Of a DNA stretch of 39,896 bases, positions 39,889 through 39,896 are shown piece after piece. Position 1 is the stretch's first letter; each line of letters opens with the position of its first letter. This DNA comes from Candidatus Cloacimonadota bacterium. GTDB taxonomy: Bacteria; Hydrothermota; E44-bin80. Below the pieces are notes generated by a model that worked only from the letters and a program-made list of their open reading frames with translations, had not been told where the DNA came from and did not search any database. The DNA lies in NCBI GenBank assembly GCA_004375785.1, contig SOKM01000139.1:1-39896 (forward strand), read 5' to 3'. The position numbers and the translations under genes are program-made.

Positions 39889-39896
39889 CGCAGTTT

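Overview
A 39.9-kb AT-rich window that codes almost entirely on the minus strand. It looks like an uncultivated bacterium with a type IX secretion system (T9SS), FCB-superphylum-like, though its promoters are classical TTGACA-N17-TATAxT rather than Bacteroidia-type. All calls come from reading the sequence and the ORF track by eye; no searches were run.

Left to right:
1. A truncated secreted protein.
2. An operon of an NHL lipoprotein, an Oar-like TonB-dependent receptor, exbB, exbD, exbD and tonB.
3. Two small paralogous membrane proteins.
4. A roughly 300-bp inverted-repeat element.
5. A translationally coupled 3-gene operon: one PATAN/DUF4388 protein and two Roadblock-like proteins, all sharing a C-terminal module.
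6. A lipoate-protein-ligase-family gene, a 792-aa TPR protein, a heterodimeric ABC exporter with one degenerate ATP site, a membrane-anchored TPR protein and tRNA-Arg(CCU).
7. An accessory array of five paralogous ~580-aa secreted Asp-box/propeller-like proteins (A to E). Each has a T9SS C-terminal sorting domain. The array is interrupted by an Ig/YVTN-propeller lipoprotein.
8. Two giant co-oriented STAND/TPR regulators.

The candidate novel system is the right-hand end:
- A 1214-aa protein has a catalytically degenerate cyclase-homology head followed by STAND and TPR regions.
- It is followed by a 1635-aa fusion of Ser/Thr kinase, STAND, TPR, GAF, sigma54-activator AAA+ and HTH modules.
- Immediately downstream lie two TGTATAC palindromes and a near-consensus sigma54 -24/-12 promoter that drives the T9SS-cargo paralog array.

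Secondary signals:
- Heptanucleotide tandem tracts are embedded in frame in coding sequence, with copy number differing by 3 units between paralogs D and E.
- An 86-bp perfectly identical inverted block lies between convergent paralogs A and B.
- The TonB-dependent receptor carries a Ca-binding-like repeat insertion.
- Several families of short hairpins and repeats are present.

No CRISPR array, rRNA, transposase, integrase or phage gene was seen.
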